Source: an uncultured Verrucomicrobiae bacterium | Lineage (GTDB): Bacteria; Verrucomicrobiota; Verrucomicrobiia; Chthoniobacterales; UBA10450 | Direction of reading: 5' to 3' | Assembly (NCBI GenBank): GCA_963801815.1 | Contig: CAWDGJ010000003.1 | Coordinates: 160,001 to 224,000 of the forward strand | Length of the DNA: 64,000 nucleotides | Part shown: positions 39,735 through 49,464 of the stretch, piece by piece | How positions within the stretch are numbered: the first letter of the stretch is position 1 | Layout of the letters: each line of letters starts with the position of its first letter | Translations under genes and position numbers: made by a program | Notes under the pieces: model-generated | Told to the model about the DNA's origin: nothing | The model's input: the letters and a program-made list of their open reading frames with translations, nothing else | The model's database searches: none

Positions 39735-42155
39735 ATGAACGACATTCGTTTCGCGTTTCGTAAACTTCGACAATCGCCAGCGTTTACTTCGATCGCGGTG
39801 CTCACTCTTGCTCTCGGGATCGGTCTCAACACGACTATCTTTAGTTTGGTCAACGATTTGTTTCTGCGCGGTCTTTCGTTCAAGGAACCGTCGCGCGTCG
39901 TCCACTTTTACGGCGGCGATAAGTCGCGCGGTCTGGAGGACATCGGTATCTCAGCGCCGCGATTCGAACATTTTAGCGATGGCCAAACAGTTTGTGAGAG
40001 TTTAGCGGGCGAGAACTTTTTCGCGTTTACTCTCACTGGCTTGGGCGATCCAGTCCAGGTTTTCGGCGGCCGATTAACTTCGAATTATTTCGACGTTGTC
40101 GGTGTGCGCCCAATTCTCGGACGCAATTTTCTCCCCGAGGAACAGGAAGGCGCCGATGTCGCGGTGATCACAAAAGCCTTCTGGCAAAAGCGGATGGGTG
40201 GTGATCCGAACGTGATTGGTCGCAGCATTACGCTCGATGGCGTTGCCCACACGATCGTTGGCGTGTTGCCGAACATGCCCGCGACCTGGTTTGGAGCAAA
40301 CCCCGTCGCTGAAGTTTGGACGACGAAGCCGTTTCAGCTTCCCGGGTTCAGTTACGAACGGCTGATGCGCGGAACGAGTTTTCTCCGCGTAATCGGCCGA
40401 CTCAAACCGAGCGTAACATTGGAGCAGGCCCGTGCGGCGCTGCCCTCGCTCGATCAAAGCTATCGAGCGCAATACCAGACGAAGATCGACAGCGGATTCG
40501 CGACGACAGTCCGAACATTGCCCGAAGACGTGACACGGAACTTTCGCGCTGGCTTCGCAACGCTCTTCGCCGCGGTCAGCTTTGTCTTGCTGATCGCGTG
40601 CAGCAATGTCGCGAACCTGTTGCTTGTTCGCTTTAGCGGACGGCGCCGCGAGATCGCTTTACGAATGGCGATCGGCGCGTCGCGCACCAGCGTCGTGCGC
40701 TTGTTCGTTTTCGAGAGCGTCCTGGTTAGCGCCATTGCCGGCGTGGCCGGTGCTTTTGTGGCGTGGCAACTGGTGCCGCTCGTCCCCCGAATGGCCGCCA
40801 ATTTTCTTCCATTTGAAGACAATACCGCAACCAGTTTTTCCGTTCCGGTGCTCTCGTTCACTATCGCATTGTCGATCTTGACCGGTCTGTTGATGGGAAT
40901 TTATCCCGCGCTTCAAGGCTCGCATGCCGATTTGGTCGATGGTTTGAAGGAGGGCGGCCGCGGGACGAGCGGAAGTGTGCGGCAACAGCGCTTCCGCAAA
41001 ATTCTTGTCGGCGCGCAGGTCGCGCTCTCTGTAACTTTGCTGGCCGGCGCGGCGTTGCTTATCACGAGTTTCATCCGCTTGAGCCAACAAAACATCGGGT
41101 TTCGTCCTTACAATCTCTGGACCGGCGCGATCACTTTGCCGACCTCGCAATATCCGGACACCCCGTCGCGGCAGCGTTTCGTCGAACAAACGGTGAATGC
41201 ATTGCGCGACGCTCCCGGATTAGAGAGCGTGACCATCAGCGGCGATATCCCGTTGGCGGGTGGCAATCGAACTCTCTACGCGCGGGCAGATCGCGACGTT
41301 CCGCCGATCGAGAATCGCCCCAGCGCCCCGAGCCACGACATTGCGCCCGACTACTTCAAGACCTGGGGCGTTCCGCTTTTGGCTGGCCGCGAGTTCAACG
41401 AACACGACACCGCTGACGGACAAAAGGTTTGCCTGATCAGCCAGGCCGGCGCGAAAAAACTTTATCCGAACGAGAACCCAATCGGCAAAACATTGCTGGT
41501 GTCGAGTTTGAGCGTGCCGTACGAAATCGTTGGAATCGTCGGCGATGTTCGCTCCATCAGAGTGAATGATGCGCCGGGAATGGAATATTATATCCCGTGG
41601 ACGCAGGAAAATTTCCCATTCGTGAACATCACCGTTCGCAGCAATCTCAAAGTCGATGCGGTGACCAAGCTCGTTCAAACCGCACTGACGAAAGTGAATC
41701 CGGGTTTGGCAATCGCCGTTCCGCAAAGCATGGACGCAGTTGTCGCGCAAGCGCTTGGGCAAGCGCGCTTGATGATGTGGCTTCTTGGAATTTTCGCCGG
41801 CGTGGCGTTACTACTCGCCAGTATCGGAATTTACGGAGCGGTTGCTTACACCGTCGAACAACGCACCGGCGAAATCGGAGTCCGGATGGCGCTCGGCGCA
41901 CAAACCCGCGACGTGCTTCGCCTTGTCGTAAATCAGGGAATGAAGCCGGTGATCATTGGACTGGCGATCGGCATTGTCGCTGCATTCGCATTGGGCCGAT
42001 TGATCGCATCGCAGCTCTTTGAAGTTTCCGCGCACAATCCTGCACTGCTTGGCGGCGCGACCATTCTGCTCGCGGCCACCGCCTTGTTCGCCTGTCTCTT
42101 GCCGGCCCGCCGCGCCTCAATGGTCGATCCGGTTCAGGCGTTACGCACCGAATAA
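39735..42155 (+). CDS. Duplicated MacB/FtsX ABC permease (ADOP type) 7
   Basis: LALGIGLNTTIFS, LLIACSNVANL, RRREIALRMAIGA, QRTGEIGVRMALGA, DPVQALRTE. Confidence 0.93.
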   Translation: MNDIRFAFRKLRQSPAFTSIAVLTLALGIGLNTTIFSLVNDLFLRGLSFKEPSRVVHFYGGDKSRGLEDIGISAPRFEHFSDGQTVCESLAGENFFAFTLTGLGDPVQVFGGRLTSNYFDVVGVRPILGRNFLPEEQEGADVAVITKAFWQKRMGGDPNVIGRSITLDGVAHTIVGVLPNMPATWFGANPVAEVWTTKPFQLPGFSYERLMRGTSFLRVIGRLKPSVTLEQARAALPSLDQSYRAQYQTKIDSGFATTVRTLPEDVTRNFRAGFATLFAAVSFVLLIACSNVANLLLVRFSGRRREIALRMAIGASRTSVVRLFVFESVLVSAIAGVAGAFVAWQLVPLVPRMAANFLPFEDNTATSFSVPVLSFTIALSILTGLLMGIYPALQGSHADLVDGLKEGGRGTSGSVRQQRFRKILVGAQVALSVTLLAGAALLITSFIRLSQQNIGFRPYNLWTGAITLPTSQYPDTPSRQRFVEQTVNALRDAPGLESVTISGDIPLAGGNRTLYARADRDVPPIENRPSAPSHDIAPDYFKTWGVPLLAGREFNEHDTADGQKVCLISQAGAKKLYPNENPIGKTLLVSSLSVPYEIVGIVGDVRSIRVNDAPGMEYYIPWTQENFPFVNITVRSNLKVDAVTKLVQTALTKVNPGLAIAVPQSMDAVVAQALGQARLMMWLLGIFAGVALLLASIGIYGAVAYTVEQRTGEIGVRMALGAQTRDVLRLVVNQGMKPVIIGLAIGIVAAFALGRLIASQLFEVSAHNPALLGGATILLAATALFACLLPARRASMVDPVQALRTE

Positions 42156-43079
42156 TCAATCCACGACTTGGACGCCTTCGGACGCAGTCCTCTTCGAGTA
42201 CAATTCGCTCAACCGTTTCGTCATTGGACCGATCTGGCCGTCGCCGATGACGCGATTATCGATTTTCACAACGCCGGCGAGCTCGCCCATCGTGCCAGTG
42301 CAAAACATTTCAGCGGCGCCGTAAACATCCACTGGTGACAGATCTGTTTCGACACAGCGAATCTTTTCGGCGGCGCAAATCTCGATCACCGTTGCGCGCG
42401 TAATTCCTTCCGGACAGGCGACCGTTCTGCTCGTGGCCAGGTCGCCTCCTGCTCGCGATTTATCGGAGTTGCGAACGATAAACACATTTGTCGCGTTCGT
42501 CTCGGCAATGAAGCCGTTGGTGTCGAGCATGAGCGCGTCGTCCGCACCCGCGTTGTTGGCTTCGATCTTGGCCAGAATGGAGTTCAGCAGGTTTGCGTGA
42601 TGGATTTTCGCGTCCAGGACGTCCGGAGGCGGCCTCCGAGTTTTGCTGGTGATTAAGGTCAGTCCTGTTTTCGCGTAAACGGGCGCCTTGTGTTCGGCCA
42701 AAACGATCAACGTCGGCCCGCCTCGGTTCAAACGCGGATCCATCCCCGACGTAACTTTCAGGCCGCGGCTAAGAGTGAGCCGGATGTGAACTCCGTCGCG
42801 CATTTTGTTGGCGACGAGGGTCCGTTTGATCTCCTCGATAATTGTCTCGCGCGGTGGAATCTCTGCGAACGAAAGCGCCCGCGCCGATTTCTCGAGTCGA
42901 TCAAGATGCTCGCGCAATTTGAAAATGCGGCCGTTGTAAAGTCGGAGTCCCTCCCAGACCGCGTCGCCGCCTTGGACCGCGGAATCGAACGGGCTGACCC
43001 CGGCTTTGTCGCGGTGCATCAGCTCGCCGTTGATGTTGACGATCAGGTCTTTGTTCTTGGGATTAAATTTCTGAAGCAT
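42156..43079 (-). CDS. Class IV aminotransferase (branched-chain/D-amino acid aminotransferase-like)
   Basis: VSPFDSAVQGGDAVWEGLR, HLDRL, EANNAGADDALMLD, AETNATNVF, EGITR, EMFCTGT. Start ATG 43079. Confidence 0.9.
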   Translation of the reverse strand: MLQKFNPKNKDLIVNINGELMHRDKAGVSPFDSAVQGGDAVWEGLRLYNGRIFKLREHLDRLEKSARALSFAEIPPRETIIEEIKRTLVANKMRDGVHIRLTLSRGLKVTSGMDPRLNRGGPTLIVLAEHKAPVYAKTGLTLITSKTRRPPPDVLDAKIHHANLLNSILAKIEANNAGADDALMLDTNGFIAETNATNVFIVRNSDKSRAGGDLATSRTVACPEGITRATVIEICAAEKIRCVETDLSPVDVYGAAEMFCTGTMGELAGVVKIDNRVIGDGQIGPMTKRLSELYSKRTASEGVQVVD

Positions 43080-43091
43080 TTCTGAATTGGG

Positions 43092-43170
43092 CTCGCACAA
43101 CGTCCACCAAGGACACAAAGAAAAAACTTAAAATTTAAGGACTTGGTGATCGCTGTGTCCTTTGTGCGAG
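43092..43170. repeat. Intergenic imperfect inverted repeat built from CACAAAGGA-like units
   Basis: CTCGCACAA...CACCAAGGACACAAAG on the left; CTTGGTG...TGTGTCCTTTGTGCGAG on the right. Confidence 0.6.
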
Positions 43171-43174
43171 ATCT

Positions 43175-43912
43175 TTAACGCAGGCGATATTCATAGAGCT
43201 GCTCATAACATTGGCGACAGCGTTCGTAAACTTCGCCCAGCGAGTCGGGAATGTCTCCCTTGCGCGGTTTGTACGGCTCAAACGAGGTGGATCTTGTCAC
43301 AGCGTCGTACCAATGTTTTGCCCAGATTCCGTCAGTCTCGCGTAAACCGGGTGGCCACGAGAGCATCGCTTTGTCGAATGGAATGCCAACCGCGTCACAC
43401 AGAAGTCGCAATGTTCGCTCCGGATCTTCCAGGACGTCTTTTGCATCGACCACAGGCGGAACCGATTCGGTTTGGTCACGGACTAGTTCGAAGAGTTCGC
43501 GCTGCTGAACAAATCCGAGGTCCTCGAGTGCCGGGTCCGGGTTCTTCTTAATATAAGAGAGGATAACTTCGCGCGGATCGCGGATCAGGAAGCAGTTTGT
43601 AAGATCGACAATCCACCCGCGATCAACCTCCGGAAGCAAGTGATGGGTCATCAGTTTTTGGAAGAAGACCTGCTTTGCGCCGGGAATAGCTTCTTTGGTC
43701 AGTTGCGCGATCACTTTGGGCAAATTGATCTCCCCTTGCTCGATAATTTCCGCTGCGCCGGGGTGTGGTTTACCGGTCCTCTCTAAATGGTACGCGTAAA
43801 GCGGCTCGTCGATCACCGCAGTGTCGGGGCGATTACCCCAGGCGCGCATCATCGCCGTAGAGATATTTCGTGGCCCCGACCACATCGCGATTCGAATCGG
43901 TGATGCCGTCAT
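43175..43912 (-). CDS. Sulfotransferase-like P-loop protein (type paired with BCAT-like aminotransferases)
   Basis: MWSGPRNISTAMMR, DEPLYA, FLIRDP, MLSWPPG, DGIWAKHWY. Confidence 0.8.
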   Translation of the reverse strand: MTASPIRIAMWSGPRNISTAMMRAWGNRPDTAVIDEPLYAYHLERTGKPHPGAAEIIEQGEINLPKVIAQLTKEAIPGAKQVFFQKLMTHHLLPEVDRGWIVDLTNCFLIRDPREVILSYIKKNPDPALEDLGFVQQRELFELVRDQTESVPPVVDAKDVLEDPERTLRLLCDAVGIPFDKAMLSWPPGLRETDGIWAKHWYDAVTRSTSFEPYKPRKGDIPDSLGEVYERCRQCYEQLYEYRLR

Positions 43913-43915
43913 GGT

Positions 43916-45814
43916 TCAGCCGAAAATCAGCAGCTGAATCGATTCTGGCAAATGTTGGGCGACATTTGTCACCACACTGCCGCGAAGGAGCTTAGTCAAC
44001 GCTGTTCGTTGGGTTGAGCCGATGACGAGATAGTCAACGCCCATGGTCGCGGCAAGATCGACAATCGTGACGGCGGCGTCCCTGCTCACGGCATAAACCG
44101 GAACCACCGACACGCCGCGTTCCTCGCCGAGTTTGATCACGCTGGTCATGATCGCGTTTGCTTCCGGATCATCCTGCCATTGGGCGCGGCCAAGGCGCGT
44201 CCCTGCTGCGGTGTAATAGATCGCGACCTCTTTTACGTAGAGCACGAACAGACACGCCTTGCGCAATTGTGCTTCATCCAGCGCAAAGCTGAGCACCGGT
44301 GTTATGCCCCGCGCCGCCACCATTATTTTTTGGCCCTCGCGCAATCGCGATTGCATACTGACTTCGAGAGTGGGCGTGACCATCTTCGCGACTTCACGCG
44401 TTACGGTGAGCGTTGTTAGTCCTTGTCGTTTCAAGGTGTAAGCGCGAAGGGCGAGGCCGCTGATCAAGACCGCGACCACGAACTGGAGAGCGTCGAGTTT
44501 TGTGTGGGCAAGTGTTAATTCGACGAAAGCGAGAACGATGAAGGTGAAGCCGAAGAGAACCCGGTCATACCAGGTAAAGCCCACGCTGCGATTGAACGTG
44601 CACGAACCGACATTGACGGTGATGGCGCCGACGACGCCGATGGCGTAAAGGCCAGCCAACGCGGTGAAACTCGCAACGAAAAGCAACACAACCGTCGGAA
44701 GTCCGATTGCGATGAGCAGGGGATAGATCGGAACACCGTGGCGATTTAGCCGGCGAAATTGACGCGGCATTTCCCCGTCGCGCGACATCATATAAAGCAG
44801 ACCGATGATTGCCACGGTGGCGGTGTTGGCGGCACTGAGCAGAAGGAGAAAGAAAACGACTCCGACAACCCAGCCGAAGAAACTTCCGACAGCCGGCGAA
44901 AATGTCGCGGTCGCGAATTGTTCGCCAATGAAACGCAGCATGTCCTCGCTGCGTAGCTGAAGAACTGATGCGATCGACGACATGTCGGAGAGATGGAGCG
45001 TTTTTCCGAGCACGGATGGCAACGAAAGCATTGCCCAGCCGAGTAGCGCGGTACCGGCCACAACTTCGATTGCGATCGGCACAATCGCCTTGCGTGATTC
45101 GCGCGCGACGCTTGGCTTTTCCATGGTCGAACCGGGATCGAGCTTCATCACTCCGGTGACGTTGGCGATCGATTCAGCGCCCGAAAGCGCCAGGATGACG
45201 CCAACGAATTGGACCCAAAGTGTGCCAAGGCTTTCGTGACGCGGTTGCAAGAACTTCGTCGTCAAATGCGGCACGCTGATCGCGACCAAAACGAGCACGA
45301 CAATGAGCGTTGGAATCGCCAAGGCGACCGCAAGACTTCCGGAGTGTTTCGGGCCGTAATAATTGATCAGGCCCATGATCAGAAGCATCGCGATGGTCGC
45401 GAGCGCGATATGATCGCGAAGAAGTTTGATCCATGCGATATGCTCAGCGCCGGAGGTAATGTAACTCAACGCCGACCAGCCGCTGAGCGCCGCGGTCACC
45501 GTCAGATCGGCCAACAAAAGCAGCGCGCCGACGACCGCCAACAAGCGCCCCTGGGATCTCGCCGCCGAATAAACACCGCCGCCATCCGGGAAATGACGGC
45601 AGATCACGATGTAATTGATGCCGACCAAACCGGTCAACCCGCAGACAGCGAGAATGATCGGCAGCGACGAAAATCCCGCCGCCAGGAATGCCAGGCCGAT
45701 GACGTAGGCCTTACTCGTGCCCCAGTCGCCGTACAACAACGCGGCGGCGCGCTTCCAATCGACGTTGCGAGGGCGGTGGACGGTGCCGCTTTCGGTAATG
45801 ATCAGATCAGCCAT
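43916..45814 (-). CDS. APC-superfamily permease with C-terminal universal stress protein domain
   Basis: YGDWGTSKAY, FPDGGGVYS, LSGAESIAN, LAGLYAIGVVGA, many TM helices; C-terminal USP motif LLRGSVVTNVAQHLP. Confidence 0.85.
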   Translation of the reverse strand: MADLIITESGTVHRPRNVDWKRAAALLYGDWGTSKAYVIGLAFLAAGFSSLPIILAVCGLTGLVGINYIVICRHFPDGGGVYSAARSQGRLLAVVGALLLLADLTVTAALSGWSALSYITSGAEHIAWIKLLRDHIALATIAMLLIMGLINYYGPKHSGSLAVALAIPTLIVVLVLVAISVPHLTTKFLQPRHESLGTLWVQFVGVILALSGAESIANVTGVMKLDPGSTMEKPSVARESRKAIVPIAIEVVAGTALLGWAMLSLPSVLGKTLHLSDMSSIASVLQLRSEDMLRFIGEQFATATFSPAVGSFFGWVVGVVFFLLLLSAANTATVAIIGLLYMMSRDGEMPRQFRRLNRHGVPIYPLLIAIGLPTVVLLFVASFTALAGLYAIGVVGAITVNVGSCTFNRSVGFTWYDRVLFGFTFIVLAFVELTLAHTKLDALQFVVAVLISGLALRAYTLKRQGLTTLTVTREVAKMVTPTLEVSMQSRLREGQKIMVAARGITPVLSFALDEAQLRKACLFVLYVKEVAIYYTAAGTRLGRAQWQDDPEANAIMTSVIKLGEERGVSVVPVYAVSRDAAVTIVDLAATMGVDYLVIGSTQRTALTKLLRGSVVTNVAQHLPESIQLLIFG

Positions 45815-45948
45815 TTGGCGTGCGGTGACTGTTCAGTGCCGGTGCGATTTCTGGCAAGTCCTTTCTCAATAGGTTCGCGTCAGAGAGACTCCTCGCGCGT
45901 TTTCGGACGAGTTTGGTTGACCGATCGGGTATGGATCATTCCAATGAG

Positions 45949-47226
45949 ATGTCGATGTTGCCCCAATCAATTGCTACCGGACCGGTGCATCCGGCCATTT
46001 TGTTGCCATTTGGAATTCTTTTGCTCGCCATCGCTTTCGGTCCACTGATCGCGCAATATCACTGGGAGCGGCACTACCATTGGCTCTGCCTCGGGCTGGC
46101 GGCAATCGTCTGCGGCTATTATCTCCTGGTGGTCCGGGATACCGCGCCAGTTTTTCATGCCGCAAGTGATTACTTTAGCTTTGTCGTTATAGTCGGCAGT
46201 TTTTTTGTTGTTGCCGGCGGGATCCATCTTCGGGTCAAAGCACCGAGCGGTCCACTTAGGAACACGCTCTTTCTTTTTTTGGGTGCGGTGCTTGGAAGCT
46301 TGATCGGAACAATTGGCGCCTCGCTCATTTTAATCCGGCCATGGCTCAGGATGAATAAGGGCCGTCTCGCTCCAATGCATATTGCGTTCTTCATTTTTTT
46401 GGTCAGCAACATCGGCGGCGCGCTTATGCCGGTTGGGCCGCCGTTGATTCTCGGCTTTCTCAAAGGCGTGCCGTTTTGGTGGACATTGCAAAATTGCTGG
46501 CGGCCGTGGTTAACCGTGATCGGCTTCGTTCTGTTTGTCTTCATCATTCTTGATCTTATGAATTGCCGTCGGCACAGAAGAATGGCTGAACAAAGTGAGC
46601 TGACGAGCTGGCGGTGCAATGGCGCGCACAACTTTCTGTTTTTGCTCGCGCTGCTCGCCGCTCTGATCGCCGCGCCCCAAGGCTGGCGGGAACCGCTTCT
46701 CGTTTTCACCGCCGTCGGTGCGTATCTCGGCACGCCGAAGCGTATTCGGGAAGCGAACGACTTCAGTTTTGCCCCGCTGAAAGAGATCGCGTGGCTGTTT
46801 TTCGGAATTTTCGGAACGATGATCCCGGTTTTGGAATTCATGGAGCGTTCGGCCAGCCGGCTCGGCCTCGATTCAGCCCGCGAATTCTATTGGACAACCG
46901 GTCTGTTGTCCGCATTGCTCGACAACGCTCCGACTTACCTCACATTTTTTGCCGCGGCGCTCGGCCTTCATGGGTCGAACATTAACGATCTCGCACAGGT
47001 CAAGGCGTTCTTTTCTGGCAATGGCCGGGAGCTGGTCGCCATTTCTCTGGGTGCGACGTTCTTTGGCGCGCTAACCTATATTGGCAACGCACCCAACTTG
47101 CTTGTCAAAACAATCGCCGAACATGCTGGCGCTCCCAGTCCAAGCTTTGTCGGTTACATCTTGAAATTCGCGCTTCCGATCCTGCTTCCAGCCTTGGTGC
47201 TAATATCGATTCTGTTTTTCTCCTGA
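45949..47226 (+). CDS. Putative sodium:proton antiporter / ion-transporter superfamily membrane protein
   Basis: SLIGTIGAS, FFIFLVSNIGG, PLILGFLKGVPF, LSALLDNAPTYL, GALTYIGNAPN. Start uncertain (45913-45955). Confidence 0.75.
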   Translation: MSMLPQSIATGPVHPAILLPFGILLLAIAFGPLIAQYHWERHYHWLCLGLAAIVCGYYLLVVRDTAPVFHAASDYFSFVVIVGSFFVVAGGIHLRVKAPSGPLRNTLFLFLGAVLGSLIGTIGASLILIRPWLRMNKGRLAPMHIAFFIFLVSNIGGALMPVGPPLILGFLKGVPFWWTLQNCWRPWLTVIGFVLFVFIILDLMNCRRHRRMAEQSELTSWRCNGAHNFLFLLALLAALIAAPQGWREPLLVFTAVGAYLGTPKRIREANDFSFAPLKEIAWLFFGIFGTMIPVLEFMERSASRLGLDSAREFYWTTGLLSALLDNAPTYLTFFAAALGLHGSNINDLAQVKAFFSGNGRELVAISLGATFFGALTYIGNAPNLLVKTIAEHAGAPSPSFVGYILKFALPILLPALVLISILFFS

Positions 47227-47323
47227 TTGGGAGGCCTTGCGGCGGCGTTAACGTTTTTTTAATGCTTTTCCGCGGCGATTTAACTAACGCTGCTGCCAAA
47301 GATCGCTCATCGTTGGTTCAATT

Positions 47324-47464
47324 ATGAGCGAAGTCATTGTGGCAGGGATAATCGTTATTGCCGGGGTGAACTGGCTTTACTCGCGCTTCTGCGAAGGACC
47401 ACGCCAATTCTTCCGAGATCAAAGGCAAGGAGCGGCTAGACGCGGCGCCCATGGTCGGCTCTAA
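47324..47464 (+). CDS. Small hydrophobic ORF upstream of kdp (46 aa), paralog of the next peptide
   Basis: MSEVIVAGIIVIAGVNWLYSRFCEGPRQ...; shares LY-x-RFC-[DE] with 47479-47562. Confidence 0.45.
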   Translation: MSEVIVAGIIVIAGVNWLYSRFCEGPRQFFRDQRQGAARRGAHGRL

Positions 47465-47478
47465 TCGCCTAACAAATT

Positions 47479-47562
47479 ATGAACGACGTCATCTTTATCG
47501 GAGCTGTAATTGTCTTTTTCATCGTGAGCGCTCTTTACGTGCGCTTCTGCGACAAACTTTAA
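47479..47562 (+). CDS. Kdp-associated micropeptide (27 aa)
   Basis: MNDVIFIGAVIVFFIVSALYVRFCDKL; single TM ending in CDKL, directly before kdpF. Confidence 0.7.
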   Translation: MNDVIFIGAVIVFFIVSALYVRFCDKL

Positions 47563-47568
47563 ACCTAT

Positions 47569-47652
47569 ATGGAAACCATCATCGTCGGCATCATCGCCCT
47601 GTTGCTTTTCGTCTATCTCTTCATCGCGATGATTCGTCCGGAAAAATTCTAA
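47569..47652 (+). CDS. kdpF: K+-transporting ATPase subunit F
   Basis: METIIVGIIALLLFVYLFIAMIRPEKF, with the KdpF signature YL...PEKF; immediately upstream of kdpA. Confidence 0.9.
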   Translation: METIIVGIIALLLFVYLFIAMIRPEKF

Positions 47653-47656
47653 TAAC

Positions 47657-49456
47657 ATGAACCCGTCCGGCTGGATCCAGTTTGTCATCTACATCGTTGC
47701 GCTCGTGATCATCACGAAACCGATGGGGCTTTATCTCATGCAAGTGCTCGATGCGAACGGTCGCACCTGGCTCGACCCGGTGTTGCGCCCGCTCGAGCGC
47801 GGAACGTACCGCGTCATGCGCGTCGATCCGAACAAGGAACACGACTGGAAGCAATACACCTTTGCCATGCTGATGTTCAGCCTCGTCGGGTGTTTGTTCA
47901 CCTACGCCATCCTGCGACTGCAAAATATTCTGCCGTTGAATCCGCAGGGCCTCGCCGCGGTCAGTCCGGATTGTTCGTTCAACACCGCGACGAGCTTCAC
48001 CACGAACACCAACTGGCAGAGCTACAGCGGCGAAACCACCATGTCTTATTTCTCCCAGATGGTCGGCCTGGCGTTCCACAATTTCGTCAGTGCAGCAACT
48101 GGTATCGCGATTGCCGCGGCGCTCGTCAGGGGGATCGCGCGTCATTCCGCGCAAACCATCGGTAACTTCTGGGTCGATCTGGTTCGCGTCACTTACTATT
48201 TGCTCATTCCGATCTGTCTCGTCTTTGCCGTCTTTCTCGTGTCGCAAGGCATGATTCAAAACTTCAAGCCTTACACCAAAGCCACCCTGGTCGAGCCGAT
48301 GAAAGTTTCTGTCGCCAAAGTGGACAAGGACGGCAAGCCGGTCGTGGACGCCGACGGCAAAGCTGTCATGGAAGACCAAACCGTCACCGAGCAAAACATC
48401 GTGCAAGGACCGATGGCATCCCAGATCGCGATCAAGATGCTGGGCACGAATGGCGGCGGTTACGCCAACGCCAACGCGTCGCATCCGTTCGAAAATCCGA
48501 CGTCGCTTTCGAATTTGCTTCAGATGTTGTCGATCTTTTCGATCGGCAGCGGTCTCACTTATTACCTTGGCCGAATGGTGAAGAACCAGAAACACGGCTG
48601 GACGGTCTGGGCCGTGATGCTGGCGATGTTCCTCGGAGGCGTTTTGCTGGCGTGGCATTCCGAAGCTGCCGGCAATCCGATTCATCATTCGCTGGGCGTG
48701 GCCGCGGCTGACGGAAACATGGAGGGCAAGGAAGTCCGGTTCGGGATCTTCAATTCCGCGCTGTTCGCGACGATCACGACCGATGCGTCCTGTGGCGCCG
48801 TCAATTCGATGCACGATTCGTTTACACCGATCGGCGGATTCGTTCCGCTGTTTAACATTCAACTTGGCGAAATCATTTTCGGCGGCGTCGGCGCCGGTCT
48901 TTACGGAATGCTCGTCTTTGTAGTGCTCGCCGTTTTCATCGCCGGACTCATGGTCGGCCGCACGCCGGAATATCTCGGTAAGAAAATTGAATCCTACGAC
49001 GTGAAGATGTCGATGTTGGCATTGCTCATTCTCGCGATCGACATTCTCGCCTTTTCGGCGTGGGCGATTGTCAACAAGTGGGGCACGGGCGCGATGAACA
49101 ATAGCGGCCCGCACGGCTTCAGCGAAATTCTTTACGCTTACAGTTCGGGCACTGGCAATAACGGCAGCGCGTTCGCCGGCATCAGTGCAAACACGCCCTG
49201 GCTCAACACCACGATCGGCTTCGCGATGTTGATCGGGCGGTTTTTGATGATCGTCCCGATCCTTGCGCTGGCCGGTTCGTTGGTCCGCAAAAAAGTAACA
49301 CCGGCAAGCGCGGGCACGTTCCCTGTCCACGGCGGAACATTTTTCATTTTACTCACCGGCACTGTGCTCCTGATCGGCGCGCTGAACTTTGTTCCCGCGC
49401 TGACGCTTGGCCCAATCGTCGAGCACTTCCTCATGCAAGGCGGTAAACTTTTCTAA
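47657..49456 (+). CDS. kdpA: K+-transporting ATPase subunit A
   Basis: [62 protein letters not shown]. Confidence 0.97.
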   Translation: MNPSGWIQFVIYIVALVIITKPMGLYLMQVLDANGRTWLDPVLRPLERGTYRVMRVDPNKEHDWKQYTFAMLMFSLVGCLFTYAILRLQNILPLNPQGLAAVSPDCSFNTATSFTTNTNWQSYSGETTMSYFSQMVGLAFHNFVSAATGIAIAAALVRGIARHSAQTIGNFWVDLVRVTYYLLIPICLVFAVFLVSQGMIQNFKPYTKATLVEPMKVSVAKVDKDGKPVVDADGKAVMEDQTVTEQNIVQGPMASQIAIKMLGTNGGGYANANASHPFENPTSLSNLLQMLSIFSIGSGLTYYLGRMVKNQKHGWTVWAVMLAMFLGGVLLAWHSEAAGNPIHHSLGVAAADGNMEGKEVRFGIFNSALFATITTDASCGAVNSMHDSFTPIGGFVPLFNIQLGEIIFGGVGAGLYGMLVFVVLAVFIAGLMVGRTPEYLGKKIESYDVKMSMLALLILAIDILAFSAWAIVNKWGTGAMNNSGPHGFSEILYAYSSGTGNNGSAFAGISANTPWLNTTIGFAMLIGRFLMIVPILALAGSLVRKKVTPASAGTFPVHGGTFFILLTGTVLLIGALNFVPALTLGPIVEHFLMQGGKLF

Positions 49457-49464
49457 GATCGACA

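Noticed and set aside
24080..42155. Permease array as assembly collapse or artefactual duplication
   Set aside because: The seven proteins differ extensively outside the conserved TM motifs, so they are distinct paralogs.
47621..49330. 569-aa antisense ORF
   Set aside because: It shadows kdpA on the opposite strand with no motifs; long antisense ORFs are expected in GC-rich coding DNA.
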